Part shown: positions 1-9,161 of the stretch, piece by piece
Numbering within the stretch: the stretch's first letter is position 1
How the letters are laid out: every line of letters begins with the position of its first letter
Assembly: GCA_036377475.1 (NCBI GenBank)
Contig: DASUYI010000321.1
Span: 1 to 27,405, forward strand
DNA from: Steroidobacteraceae bacterium
Lineage (GTDB): Bacteria; Pseudomonadota; Gammaproteobacteria; Steroidobacterales; Steroidobacteraceae
Length of the DNA: 27,405 nt
Direction: 5' to 3'
Program-made: the position numbers and the translations under genes
The notes under the pieces: model-generated
The model's input: the letters and a program-made list of their open reading frames with translations, nothing else
What the model was told of the DNA's origin: nothing
Databases searched by the model: none

Positions 1-3000
1 TGGCTTTTAGGCGGCACCGCGGTGAGCCACTTACCCAGTCGATTCTCGGAATACACACGGTAGAAGACTTTTTCAGAGGTCTGAACAAATCTTCGCTTAA
101 CTCCTGCAGTGGAAGCGAGCTTACTTATGGCAGCTACCGGCCCGCGAAGCGCGTAGCACGGTTTCGCGACCTCACACGCCGTCAGGCTGAGGATCACGAC
201 GGCGTGTCCGTACTCCCCTCGTCGAACCGCCTCGTACGCATCCTGGGCCCCGTGGACCGGTGACAGGATCAAGACGTCGATCGTGTTCAGCCCGAGGTCG
301 ACGAAGAATCGTTCGAGATTCTCCTGTGCGTAAGGATCCTCGGCCGAGGCGTTGACCCAGGACGATGTGCCCGGGCCACCGCCGACGCCCGGGACGCCCG
401 CATGAAGGATCAGGCCGGAGCAGGTCGGGGAGAAGGTGCCCGGCCCGCAGATTTCCACGCCGCCCTGCGCTGAAGGACCTGGAGTCGCGGTCGCACCGGG
501 TTGCCAGTCGTCGCCGCTGCCACCGAACAGGAAGTTCAGACCGGTCCTCACCACGCCTACGAAGATCCCCACGCACGCGCCCACGCACCCGTCCGCGAGG
601 AGCCCTGTCGGATCGGTTGTGGCGAGCGGCCGGTTGCCGGCATAGGCGAACGGATTCGAGGACTGGCTGTCGGTGAGATCGCCGATGACAGGGTCGACCG
701 ACAGGAAACGACCGAGCGCCGTGTCATAGACTCGCCCGCCCATGTGCGCCAGCCCTACGTTGTCGAGCATCTCGTGCCCGGTGAAGCCTTGCCGAGTGGC
801 GTTGGCGATGCCCACCCAGTCCGGGTACGTGGTCGAACGCCAGTCGCTGCCACGTCGTGCTCCGTACGTTCCGAAGCTCAGCCTGGCGTAGAGCGCACCG
901 CTGCCGTCCAGGAGCGTGTCACTGCTGGCGAGGTGGTCGGGAAGCACGTACGTCGTCTGCGTCTTGCCATCGGAACCGCGTGAGATCACGACCGTCGATC
1001 CGCCGGGCGTTGGCACGTAGTGACGCCAGTAGGTGAAGCCCGTCGAGGTGGTCGATTCTTTCTCCAGTAGTCCGCCGACGTAGTGCGTGGTCTCCGTGCC
1101 GTTCGGATAGGAGGCGACCTGGCGCCAGCGCTCATGGTCGGGCCCGTAGGCAAGCTGCGCCTGGTAGCCCGCTTTGCGCACGATCGTGGGCAGGTTGAAC
1201 GACGCCCACTGCTGCGCGAGTCCGCTGCGGCTCGCGAGGTTGCCATTGGCGTCGTAGGTGAATGATTCGGTGCCGGCCGACGTCGTCAGGTGTCGCCGCG
1301 ATGCGTTGGCATACGCGTACGAACCGACGTCCGACTTGTAGCGGATGTTGCCGGCCTCATCGTAGTTGACGTTGAGTGTCGCAGTTCCGTCGAGAGTCGC
1401 ACCGGAGACGCGGTTCACCGCGTCGATCGCGAACGTCTCCGTCCGGTTCTGGTTCGCGTCGCGACGCCGTCGCAGGTTGTTGGCCGCGTCCCACTCGTAG
1501 TGCAGGTTCTGGTGCGCCGCGGGGTCGACCGTCGTGCCGCTCGTGCGACTCCTCAGCCTTCCGGTGGCCTGGTCGTAGTCGGACGCCACGGCGGCCGCAC
1601 CAGCCGCGAGCAATTCGAGCGTGGGCAGGCCGTCGTCACTGGTCCGCTCGAGCTTCCAGAGGGTGCGGGCCGGCGCCTGCGTGACGTCCTCGATCTGTAC
1701 CGGCTCCCCGTAGCTGTAGCCGTACCGGATCGTCAGCCGCGCACCCGTGTGTCCCGCGGGAACGGGGCTGGGTGAGTACCTCAGCGTGTCGAGTTCGCCG
1801 ATGCTGTTGTAACCGTAGTCGTACTGGTATGTCTGATCGGAAACGATTGCCCGCGCAGTCAAGCGTCCGGCGGCGTCGTACCCGTACGACTCGCCGTAGC
1901 CCAATCCGACCTTGGACGCGAGGCGACCAATATTCCTGGCCGACGCCGACGTGCCCCAGGTCCACGTGCTGGTGCCCTCCGGTTCCGTGCGCGAGACGAG
2001 ACGACCGAGCAGGTCGTACGTGGCCTGGAACGTCTGGCCTTTCGCGTCCGTCCAACTGACCAGTTCGTTCAGTGAGTTGGGCGTGTACGTCCACAGGCCG
2101 GCCGTCGCATCGCTCCAACGGACGCGAAAACCGCGCGCGTTGTAGAGTCCCGACGACACGGCGCCGATCGGGTCCTCCATGCGCACGAGATTGCCGAGCG
2201 AGTCGTAGTCGTACCTGGTCGTGCCGCCACCCGGAGGATCGACGACACGTCGCAATCGTCCCGCGACGTCGTACGTGCGAGTGCTGGTGTGGCCGAGCGG
2301 ATCCTTGACCGTGACCGTGCGGCCGGCGTAACCGAGCGCCGTCGACCGAACCAGGCTGCCGGCGCCGTCGTAGTCGTTCGATTCGGTGAGCCGACCGATC
2401 GCATCGTACGCGCTGGCCGTGTGGCCGTTCAGCACGCTCGAGTACGGCCGACTCACGTAGACCCGCCGACCGAGGGCGTCGTATCGATGCTCCACCTGCG
2501 TCCAGGTGCCCTCGGCACGCTGGTATTGATCGGACCGCAGGCGCTCGAGCCCGTCGAAATGCAGTTGCCGAGACCGCACGAGCGCCCCGTCCGCACCGAT
2601 CCGGCTCGCATAGACGACGAACCTGAGATCGCTCGGCCCCCCGCACGACACGCTGCCGCACGACAGGTATGCCCAGGCCCAGCGGGTCTGGTCGGGCAGG
2701 ACCTCCTGCGTGCGTCTCCCGTAATCGTCGTACGTCCAGCTCGTCACGAGCCCGTTCGGGTCGATCGCGCGAGTCGGAACGCCAAAATCGTACTGGTGCT
2801 CGTACCGCGAGGTCTGACCGAGGGCGTTGGTGACCGTCTCGGGCAACTGGCAGCGCGACCCATAGCCGAAGGTGGTGATGCGGGGCGACAGGGCCGCGCC
2901 ACTCGCAGTCGCACCGACGACGCCGATCGAGTTCAGGTTGCCGCAGGCGTCGTAACCGTAGTCGGTGGTGACCTTCAATGATGGTGTGTTCGGCTCGAGG

Positions 3001-5936
3001 ACCTGCCGCGTGACACGACACGACTGCGTGTCGGCGCTGAATGCGACCGTGCGCGTCATCGGCGTCTGGCCCGGCGCCGTGCTCGTCACCGTGCTCGAAG
3101 ACGGCATTGCGATGCACCAGTTCGACGAAGCGTCGTTCACGTACGCATAGGTCGCGGTGCTGAGCCAGTTGCTGCCGGGGAACGGCGAGGTTGGGTCCTT
3201 GTCGGTCGTGCTGGACTGCACCTGCGTGGCATTGCCGTGCCCGTCCGCGTACATGTACGACGTCGTCGACTCGGTGACGAGCGTGCCGTTCAACGTGCCG
3301 CCCACCTCGTAGAGCCGATGCGTCGCAGTCGAGACATGCGGGAAGAACCGGCGCTGGAGGCCGCCCACGCCGAAGGATTGTTGCGCGAGGGTCGCTGACC
3401 AGAGCGATATCGGCGTCGTCCCGTCGCTCTGCAGCACCTCACGACCGATGTGCATCGACGTGAACGGGAACGTGCGCTCGACGTGGTCGACCGTCACGAA
3501 TCCCGTCCGCTCGTCGACGACACGTTGCGAAGCGAACCCGAGGAACCCGCGTCCCTGCAGGTGCCGCCGGGCGCCCGCGTACGAGAACTGTTTCCGGTAA
3601 GAGCCGCCGGTGCCGTCGCTCGCGAGCAGCTCGCTGACGACGTACAGCGCCGCCTGGAAATCGGCCTCCGGAAAGCGGGCGCTCGATTCCCTGACGTGCT
3701 GACCGCGCGCGATCGAGACGTACGTTGGCCGGAACTGCAGGCCGAAGCCGTCGGTGACCTGGTTGAGCAGGTCGGGAGCGACCGCAGCACCTGCGTTCAG
3801 GCGGTACTTGAGTTTGTTGTCCGACGCGCGAACACCGAGGTCGACCAGACCGTCCCCGTCGGCGTCGTGTACGAACCAGGCGCTGCCGCTCGGGGCGACG
3901 ATGTTGGTACCAAGCGGCGCGGCGGCCCCGTCGCCGGTCGAGGCGATCACCGTCCAGTCGTTGGTGTCGTAGTCGATGTAGAGCAGGTCGGTGCGACCGT
4001 CGCCGTTCCAGTCGGCCGGCATCACGGTGTACAACCCGTCGCCGGTGGCTCGGGTAGGCGCGGTCCCGATCTCGGTGAACGATCCTGCGCAGTCGGAGAC
4101 GAGGACCTTGCGCAGTTGCATCACGTCGGAGCATCCGTCCGCGTTCCAGTCGCCGGTCACCACCATCGAATCGATCTCGAGCTGGCGCTCGCTGCCCGTC
4201 GTGAACGCTGCGCCGAATCCGTTCGAGAGCATCGGGCGCACGTAGTACCGGACGGCTCGATCGGCCTGGTTGGTGGTCAGGATCGCAAGGTCCGCGCGCC
4301 CGTCGCCGTTGATGTCAGGCGTGCGCGGGTTCTTCCACGACTTCAGGATGCGCGTGCTCGGGACCGACCAGACCGTCCGCGTGGAGGCTGCAAACCTCGC
4401 CGCAAGACTGCCCGCCACCGGCGCGGTGATGTTGCGGCGCACGATGACGGTCTTCGGCGACGTGTTCGTCACGCCGACCAGGTCCGCCAGGCCGTCCCCG
4501 TCGAAGTCGGCCGCCCCGTATTCGCCGCCGGGCACGAGCCCGGTGCTTGTGACGCCGAAGGCACCACCGACGTAACCCGCGACGTGCCAGGTGCCGGCCT
4601 GCTGGACCAGGAACTGCGTGCGGCCGTTGCCGACGAAATCGCCGGTGATGATCGTGCTCGTCGTACTCGTCGTGACGAGCCCGGTCGCATACGGCGACGC
4701 AAAACCGCTCGGCGTCGCCAGCAGGATGGACCACGACAGTTTGCCGCTGCCGGCGTTGACGGGGTACAGCAGGTCCGTGAGGCCGTCGCCATTGAAATCG
4801 GCTGTCACGGGCGGCTCGCTCGACGCGGCCGTCGCGCCGGCATCGCGGAGCATCTGCCAGCCCTGCGCGCCCGACTGGTACATCATCCGGGTGGGTCGGA
4901 AGCAACTCGTCGCCGCACACTCCTGCACGCTCGCGAGGCGGATGCGCCCGGTCGCGTACGAGGTGTCGTAGCCCAGGTGATAACTCTTGATCGGCGTCGC
5001 CGAGCCGTAGGCGTGGACCGAAATCGTGTCGAGCTTGTGCCGCTCGCGCAGCACGCTGCCGGCGCGGTAGCCGACCGGAACGTCGGTGGCGGGGCGTTCC
5101 GAATAGCCGAAGCGCACCTCGTAGAACGGGCCCTGGCCGGTGGCCGTGCTCGGGTACGCGATGTACGCGATCCGGTGGGTGCCGTCCGAGTAGCCCTCCG
5201 CCAGGCCGTAGTTGACGTAACTCAGCGAAATGCGATTGCCCGCGCCGGCACGGTCCCGGATGCTCGAGAGCGCCCACGTCCGAACCGTCGGATTCGCGGG
5301 GCCCGCGTGGATGCGGGCCAAGGGTGTGCCGCCGTATTCATGGATCAGGCCACGTCGCGTCCTGACCGTGAACGATTCAGGTCCGTTGCCCGCCACGCCG
5401 TTGGCGACGATCTGCGAGAACGTCTCGATCTCCGTGGCGTACACGGAACCGGGGGCGCCGTACACACCGCTGACGAGCTTGAGTTGCTGGCCGTCCAGGC
5501 AGAACCGGTCCGCCGAGGTGTTCGTCACGCCGCCCGCGACGCCGTCCTGGGCGACCGTGCGATGGCAGCGTGAGATGGACGAGAGGCCGGACAGTGACCA
5601 GCCGTGCCCCAGCGTGCCGTTGCCGGCGCGACTGTTGTAGACGAGCGCAAGGTCCAGTTCGACGTCGCCGACGCCCGGCGGCAGCCACAACGGGATGCGA
5701 TAGGACGCGGCACCGGAGTGCGTGACGCCGAAGTTGCCGGGTGTACGACCTCCGGCGAGCGTGGCCGGGGCGCCGCTCGTCGCCTCGACTTCGTAGGCGG
5801 GCTCGGCCGCGTCCGGCGCGACCACGTCGTCCGCGAGCGTGATGCCGGTGCAGAACGTCAACGCCGCCGTGAACAGTCCGGTGCATGCGGCGGCGGCACG
5901 CGCCCTGGCGCCGCGCGTCCGTGCGGATGTGCGCAT
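1..5936 (-). CDS. Large Rhs/YD-repeat polymorphic toxin: signal peptide + SpvB-like domain + 7 FG-GAP-like repeats + YD repeats + Rhs core + C-terminal extension (3'-partial, >=1978 aa)
   Basis: Read by hand. ATG at 5936 follows a GGAGG RBS, and the same frame is still open at base 1. That no stop-terminated ORF from 5936 appears in the track is consistent with this. Motifs: YRIPLWLPPG..LALVYNSRAGNGTLGHGWSLSGLS (SpvB/TcB-like); DFNGDGLTDL, DFVGNGRTQF, DFDGDGLADL, DINGDGRADL, DWNADGCSDV, DWNGDGRTDL, DADGDGLVDL; many YD dipeptides; PDHLAS, GFTGHEMLDNVGLAHMGGRVYD, GRFLSVDP, NPFAYAGNRPLATTDPTG (DPTG at 614-603). Confidence 0.93.
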   Translation of the reverse strand, partial: MRTSARTRGARARAAAACTGLFTAALTFCTGITLADDVVAPDAAEPAYEVEATSGAPATLAGGRTPGNFGVTHSGAASYRIPLWLPPGVGDVELDLALVYNSRAGNGTLGHGWSLSGLSSISRCHRTVAQDGVAGGVTNTSADRFCLDGQQLKLVSGVYGAPGSVYATEIETFSQIVANGVAGNGPESFTVRTRRGLIHEYGGTPLARIHAGPANPTVRTWALSSIRDRAGAGNRISLSYVNYGLAEGYSDGTHRIAYIAYPSTATGQGPFYEVRFGYSERPATDVPVGYRAGSVLRERHKLDTISVHAYGSATPIKSYHLGYDTSYATGRIRLASVQECAATSCFRPTRMMYQSGAQGWQMLRDAGATAASSEPPVTADFNGDGLTDLLYPVNAGSGKLSWSILLATPSGFASPYATGLVTTSTTSTIITGDFVGNGRTQFLVQQAGTWHVAGYVGGAFGVTSTGLVPGGEYGAADFDGDGLADLVGVTNTSPKTVIVRRNITAPVAGSLAARFAASTRTVWSVPSTRILKSWKNPRTPDINGDGRADLAILTTNQADRAVRYYVRPMLSNGFGAAFTTGSERQLEIDSMVVTGDWNADGCSDVMQLRKVLVSDCAGSFTEIGTAPTRATGDGLYTVMPADWNGDGRTDLLYIDYDTNDWTVIASTGDGAAAPLGTNIVAPSGSAWFVHDADGDGLVDLGVRASDNKLKYRLNAGAAVAPDLLNQVTDGFGLQFRPTYVSIARGQHVRESSARFPEADFQAALYVVSELLASDGTGGSYRKQFSYAGARRHLQGRGFLGFASQRVVDERTGFVTVDHVERTFPFTSMHIGREVLQSDGTTPISLWSATLAQQSFGVGGLQRRFFPHVSTATHRLYEVGGTLNGTLVTESTTSYMYADGHGNATQVQSSTTDKDPTSPFPGSNWLSTATYAYVNDASSNWCIAMPSSSTVTSTAPGQTPMTRTVAFSADTQSCRVTRQVLEPNTPSLKVTTDYGYDACGNLNSIGVVGATASGAALSPRITTFGYGSRCQLPETVTNALGQTSRYEHQYDFGVPTRAIDPNGLVTSWTYDDYGRRTQEVLPDQTRWAWAYLSCGSVSCGGPSDLRFVVYASRIGADGALVRSRQLHFDGLERLRSDQYQRAEGTWTQVEHRYDALGRRVYVSRPYSSVLNGHTASAYDAIGRLTESNDYDGAGSLVRSTALGYAGRTVTVKDPLGHTSTRTYDVAGRLRRVVDPPGGGTTRYDYDSLGNLVRMEDPIGAVSSGLYNARGFRVRWSDATAGLWTYTPNSLNELVSWTDAKGQTFQATYDLLGRLVSRTEPEGTSTWTWGTSASARNIGRLASKVGLGYGESYGYDAAGRLTARAIVSDQTYQYDYGYNSIGELDTLRYSPSPVPAGHTGARLTIRYGYSYGEPVQIEDVTQAPARTLWKLERTSDDGLPTLELLAAGAAAVASDYDQATGRLRSRTSGTTVDPAAHQNLHYEWDAANNLRRRRDANQNRTETFAIDAVNRVSGATLDGTATLNVNYDEAGNIRYKSDVGSYAYANASRRHLTTSAGTESFTYDANGNLASRSGLAQQWASFNLPTIVRKAGYQAQLAYGPDHERWRQVASYPNGTETTHYVGGLLEKESTTSTGFTYWRHYVPTPGGSTVVISRGSDGKTQTTYVLPDHLASSDTLLDGSGALYARLSFGTYGARRGSDWRSTTYPDWVGIANATRQGFTGHEMLDNVGLAHMGGRVYDTALGRFLSVDPVIGDLTDSQSSNPFAYAGNRPLATTDPTGLLADGCVGACVGIFVGVVRTGLNFLFGGSGDDWQPGATATPGPSAQGGVEICGPGTFSPTCSGLILHAGVPGVGGGPGTSSWVNASAEDPYAQENLERFFVDLGLNTIDVLILSPVHGAQDAYEAVRRGEYGHAVVILSLTACEVAKPCYALRGPVAAISKLASTAGVKRRFVQTSEKVFYRVYSENRLGKWLTAVPPKS

Positions 5937-6060
5937 TCTCGTCTCCTCCGTAGGCTGCGGCCGGTGCCGCAGGCACGAAGGACACGATCACGCAACGCGA
6001 CGACGCGCTGAACGCGAATATGCCGGAAGGTTGTGCAGTTTCAGTCGAGCGAAAATGCGG

Positions 6061-6930
6061 TCAGTCGTCGCCGTCGATCGACGGCAGTGCGGCGTAGAGC
6101 TGACGCACTTTCGTTCCGCGCAATTGGCGCGTCGGCTCCGTCGTCGAATCGTCGCGACCCGCCTCGGGTTCCTTACGCGCCGGCCTCGTGTGCGCCATCC
6201 GCGCCTGCAGGGTCAACTGCAGCACTTCGCCGCGTTGCCACGCGTCGGCTCCGGCGACGATCGACGGCTCCTGGATGTCTTCGCGCAGCTTGCGCTCGTC
6301 GTCGGTCGACACACGGAAGCGTTCGTCACGTTCCGCGATCATGTCCGGGCGGATCTGCTCGTCCGCGGTGAATCCCGCCATCAGCATCGGGTGCCCCGTC
6401 GGCAAGTCCTGGTCTTCATCGGCGTGCCACGTGTTCCAGGTCTTGCCGTACGTGCCGACCATGTCTTCCATCAGTTCGTGTTCGGCCGAGTCGGGCACGC
6501 CCGGTGCAATCAGGGCCCCGCTCTTTACTGCGTACGCGTGGCTGTGCCACAGCTTGCGTTCGTCGGCGGACAGCGTCTCGAAGACCCGGCGGCTCACGAT
6601 GTACTCGACGCCCACCAGTTTCGCGTGCGCGCCGTTGCCGTCGAAGATCACGCACTGCTGCAGGTCCTCGTCGACGACGGCGCAGTAGTGGTGGGCCTCG
6701 ACCTGCATGTCGACGTTGCCATTGTAGAAATGGAAGCCGTCCACGTAGACGTCGAGCGCCTCGATCGGAGCCGGCGCGGGCAGGCTCGACGCGCCGCCTG
6801 CGAGCCCGGACGTAGTGACCGTGTGCCGCGTCCCCGGCGGCTCGACCTGCAAAGAAGTGTCATCCCTGCCGCATGCCGCCAGCAGCACCAGGCAAAGCGC
6901 GGGCCCACAGGCCGGCAACATCAGGCGCAT
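6061..6930 (-). CDS. DUF1264 / OBAP-family protein, predicted lipoprotein
   Basis: EAHHYC..QCVIFD..KLVGVEYIVS..ERKLWHSHAYAVKSG..YGKTWNTWH is the DUF1264 pattern. Lipobox LAAC; GGAGG RBS before the ATG. Confidence 0.85.
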   Translation of the reverse strand: MRLMLPACGPALCLVLLAACGRDDTSLQVEPPGTRHTVTTSGLAGGASSLPAPAPIEALDVYVDGFHFYNGNVDMQVEAHHYCAVVDEDLQQCVIFDGNGAHAKLVGVEYIVSRRVFETLSADERKLWHSHAYAVKSGALIAPGVPDSAEHELMEDMVGTYGKTWNTWHADEDQDLPTGHPMLMAGFTADEQIRPDMIAERDERFRVSTDDERKLREDIQEPSIVAGADAWQRGEVLQLTLQARMAHTRPARKEPEAGRDDSTTEPTRQLRGTKVRQLYAALPSIDGDD

Positions 6931-7066
6931 CGTGAGGCCTCCGCGGACATACGGCCTTGTAAGCGACGAGCGTCGAGGCGGGCAGAAGACGTCGTCCCGT
7001 GGTGGCGTGGGCGTGTCGCTGACAGTCGCGACGAATGTCGTGCGGCACGCGGGCTAGAATCCGGCG

Positions 7067-7936
7067 ATGCACGGCACCCGTCCCACCACGCCCTGGCGGT
7101 TCGCGATCCTGGCCCTCGCACCGCTGCTGACACAGCAATCGGCCCGCGGCCAGTCCGCCGCGCAGGCACCGACGCAGGAGCCCGACCGGGCCGCCACGAC
7201 GAGTCACGCCGCGTCGCGCACGCCCGGCTTTCTGGAGCCGCACGAGCGCCCCGACAGCCTGCAACTCGTGCCGCCGCCGCCGCGCAAGGGCACCGCGGCG
7301 CATGCGGCCGACGTCGAGTCGTATCGTGCGATGCGTTCGTTGCGCGACACGCCGCGCTGGCGTCTGGCGATCGCCGATGCGAACGTCGAGTTCCCGCACG
7401 CGGCCTCGACGTTCGCCTGTGCGCTCGGCATCGCGGTGACGGAGTCGACCACGCCGAACCTGTACCGGCTGCTGCGACGCTCGATGGTCGATGCGGGGCA
7501 ATCGACGCTGCGCGCCAAGGACGAGTACGCGCGCCCGCGGCCGTTCATGGTGTACGGCGACCGCATGTGCGTGCCCGACGACGACCGGGCGCTGCGCAGG
7601 AGCGGTGCGTACCCGTCCGGCCACGCCGCGGCGGGGTGGGCCTGGGCCTTGATCCTCGCCGAGATTGCGCCCGAGCGGGCCGGACCGATCCTGCGGCGCG
7701 GGTACGAATTCGGCGTCAGCCGCGTCGTCTGCGGCGTGCACTGGATGAGCGACATCGAGAGCGGTCGCACGGTCGGCGCCGCCGCCGTCGCGCGCCTGCA
7801 TGCCGATGCGGAGTTCTTGACGCAGCTCGCGCTCGCGCGCGACGAGGTCGCGCGGATGCGCCGCGAGCACGGTGCGCCGGCCGACGCCGAGTGCGCCGCC
7901 GAGGCCCGGGCACTCGCGGTCGCCGCGAGCAGGTGA
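7067..7936 (+). CDS. Class A non-specific acid phosphatase (PAP2 superfamily, PhoC/PhoN-like), secreted
   Basis: All three PAP2 motifs are present: KDEYARPRP, PSGH, SRVVCGVHWMSD. N-terminal signal-like segment. Confidence 0.9.
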   Translation: MHGTRPTTPWRFAILALAPLLTQQSARGQSAAQAPTQEPDRAATTSHAASRTPGFLEPHERPDSLQLVPPPPRKGTAAHAADVESYRAMRSLRDTPRWRLAIADANVEFPHAASTFACALGIAVTESTTPNLYRLLRRSMVDAGQSTLRAKDEYARPRPFMVYGDRMCVPDDDRALRRSGAYPSGHAAAGWAWALILAEIAPERAGPILRRGYEFGVSRVVCGVHWMSDIESGRTVGAAAVARLHADAEFLTQLALARDEVARMRREHGAPADAECAAEARALAVAASR

Positions 7937-8142
7937 CGGCGGGCAGGCCCGTCCTCGCCGCACGCCTGGCCTTTGTTTGCATTGCGAATTTCACGCAGCG
8001 GCGCGCGCCAACTTCGGAGGGCGGAGCCCCGCAACCGCACAAGTACGGTGCTCGACTATCGATAGATACGTACAGCGCGCCGGACGGGTTCGGGATTAGT
8101 TTCGGCTCACGATCCGAATCGGACCGATTGGAGGTCGCGGTC

Positions 8143-8301
8143 ATGAATGTCAGCCTGCAGGGCGCTCGCCGCCAGTCCCGACTCGACTGGGACGACATCG
8201 AACTTCGCAACAAGCAAGCGCAGGACCTGCCGAGGCGCGTGTTCTTTGGCGTGCTGGTCGCCTTCGCGGCGTACCTCGCCTGGAGCTACCTCTCGGCCTG
8301 A
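8143..8301 (+). CDS. Small (52 aa) hypothetical protein with one C-terminal TM helix
   Basis: GGAGGT RBS then ATG 8143. Translation MNVSLQGARRQSRLDWDDIELRNKQAQDLPRRVFFGVLVAFAAYLAWSYLSA*. A GC-rich hairpin follows (8302-8329). Confidence 0.6.
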   Translation: MNVSLQGARRQSRLDWDDIELRNKQAQDLPRRVFFGVLVAFAAYLAWSYLSA

Positions 8302-8424
8302 CCGGTCGCGGCGTCGCCGCCCCGACCGGAGGCGACGCTCCACCGATCCCGCCCGCCGCCGTTCCGCTCGGCCGCGTGGTACCTTGCGGCGCTTCGACGA
8401 CTCGACGCGCCGACGGAGGGACCC

Positions 8425-9126
8425 ATGCACACGAGCAGGCTCGCGGGCTTCATCATCGACTGCAACACGCAGGACCTGGCCGGCGCCGCGGAGTTCTGGG
8501 GCCGGGCACTGCGCATGGACGTGCGGCGATTGCCGGCCGAGGAGGGCGAGAAGTACATGCGACTCGTCGACGCCGACGGTCGCCTGCACATCGAGGTGCA
8601 GAAGGTCGATCACCCGAGTCGCGTGCACCTCGACATCAAGAGCGACGACGTCGACGCCGAAGTTGCGAGGCTCGAGGCGCTCGGCGCCAGGCCGGTCGCG
8701 AGGGTGCAGACGTGGTGCGTCATGGAAGCGCCGACCGGACAGCGCTTCTGCGTCGTGCGCGCCCATCCATACGACACCGTGCTCGACCGCTGGCACCGCA
8801 TCGTCGACTCGCGCGACCTGTCGACGTTGCCCGACCTGCTCGCGGACGACGTGGTGTTCCAGTCGCCGGCCGTGCACGCGCCGCAGGTCGGCAAGGCGAT
8901 CACGCACAAATACCTCGAGGCCGCCGGTCGCGTGCTCATCAACGAGCACTTCCGCTACCTCAACGAGTGGCCGTCCGGTCGCTCCGCCGTCCTCGAGTTC
9001 GAAACCCGGCTCGGCGACGTCGAGGTGAACGGCGTCGACATGATCTGGTGGAACGACGAGGGACGCATCACGCGCTTCAAGGTGATGGTGCGTCCGGTCA
9101 AGGGCCTGCAGACGCTATGCCGCTGA
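8425..9126 (+). CDS. Fusion of a VOC/glyoxalase-like domain and a SnoaL/NTF2-like domain; C-terminus probably frameshifted
   Basis: N-half: AAEFWGRAL..RVHLDIKSDDVDAEVARLEALGA..EAPTGQRFCVV. C-half: LDRWHRIV..LLADDVVFQSPAVH..VEVNGVDMIWWNDEGRITRFKVMVRP. GGAGGG RBS. Confidence 0.8.
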   Translation: MHTSRLAGFIIDCNTQDLAGAAEFWGRALRMDVRRLPAEEGEKYMRLVDADGRLHIEVQKVDHPSRVHLDIKSDDVDAEVARLEALGARPVARVQTWCVMEAPTGQRFCVVRAHPYDTVLDRWHRIVDSRDLSTLPDLLADDVVFQSPAVHAPQVGKAITHKYLEAAGRVLINEHFRYLNEWPSGRSAVLEFETRLGDVEVNGVDMIWWNDEGRITRFKVMVRPVKGLQTLCR

Positions 9127-9161
9127 TGGCGCGCGAACTGCAGAGCTGATCGCCGCGGCGG

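Noticed and set aside
3450-5573. 707-aa plus-strand ORF (also 1636-3117, 4315-5277 and similar)
   Set aside because: Antisense or alternate-frame shadows of the Rhs gene in GC-rich DNA; Arg/Ala-rich with no motifs.
7971-7985. Sigma54-like TGGC..TTGC
   Set aside because: TGGC-N6-TTGC is one base short of the strict -24/-12 spacing.
5839-8301. 820-aa plus-strand ORF
   Set aside because: It overlaps DUF1264 and the phosphatase in other frames. Only its last 52 codons have an RBS and look like a real protein.
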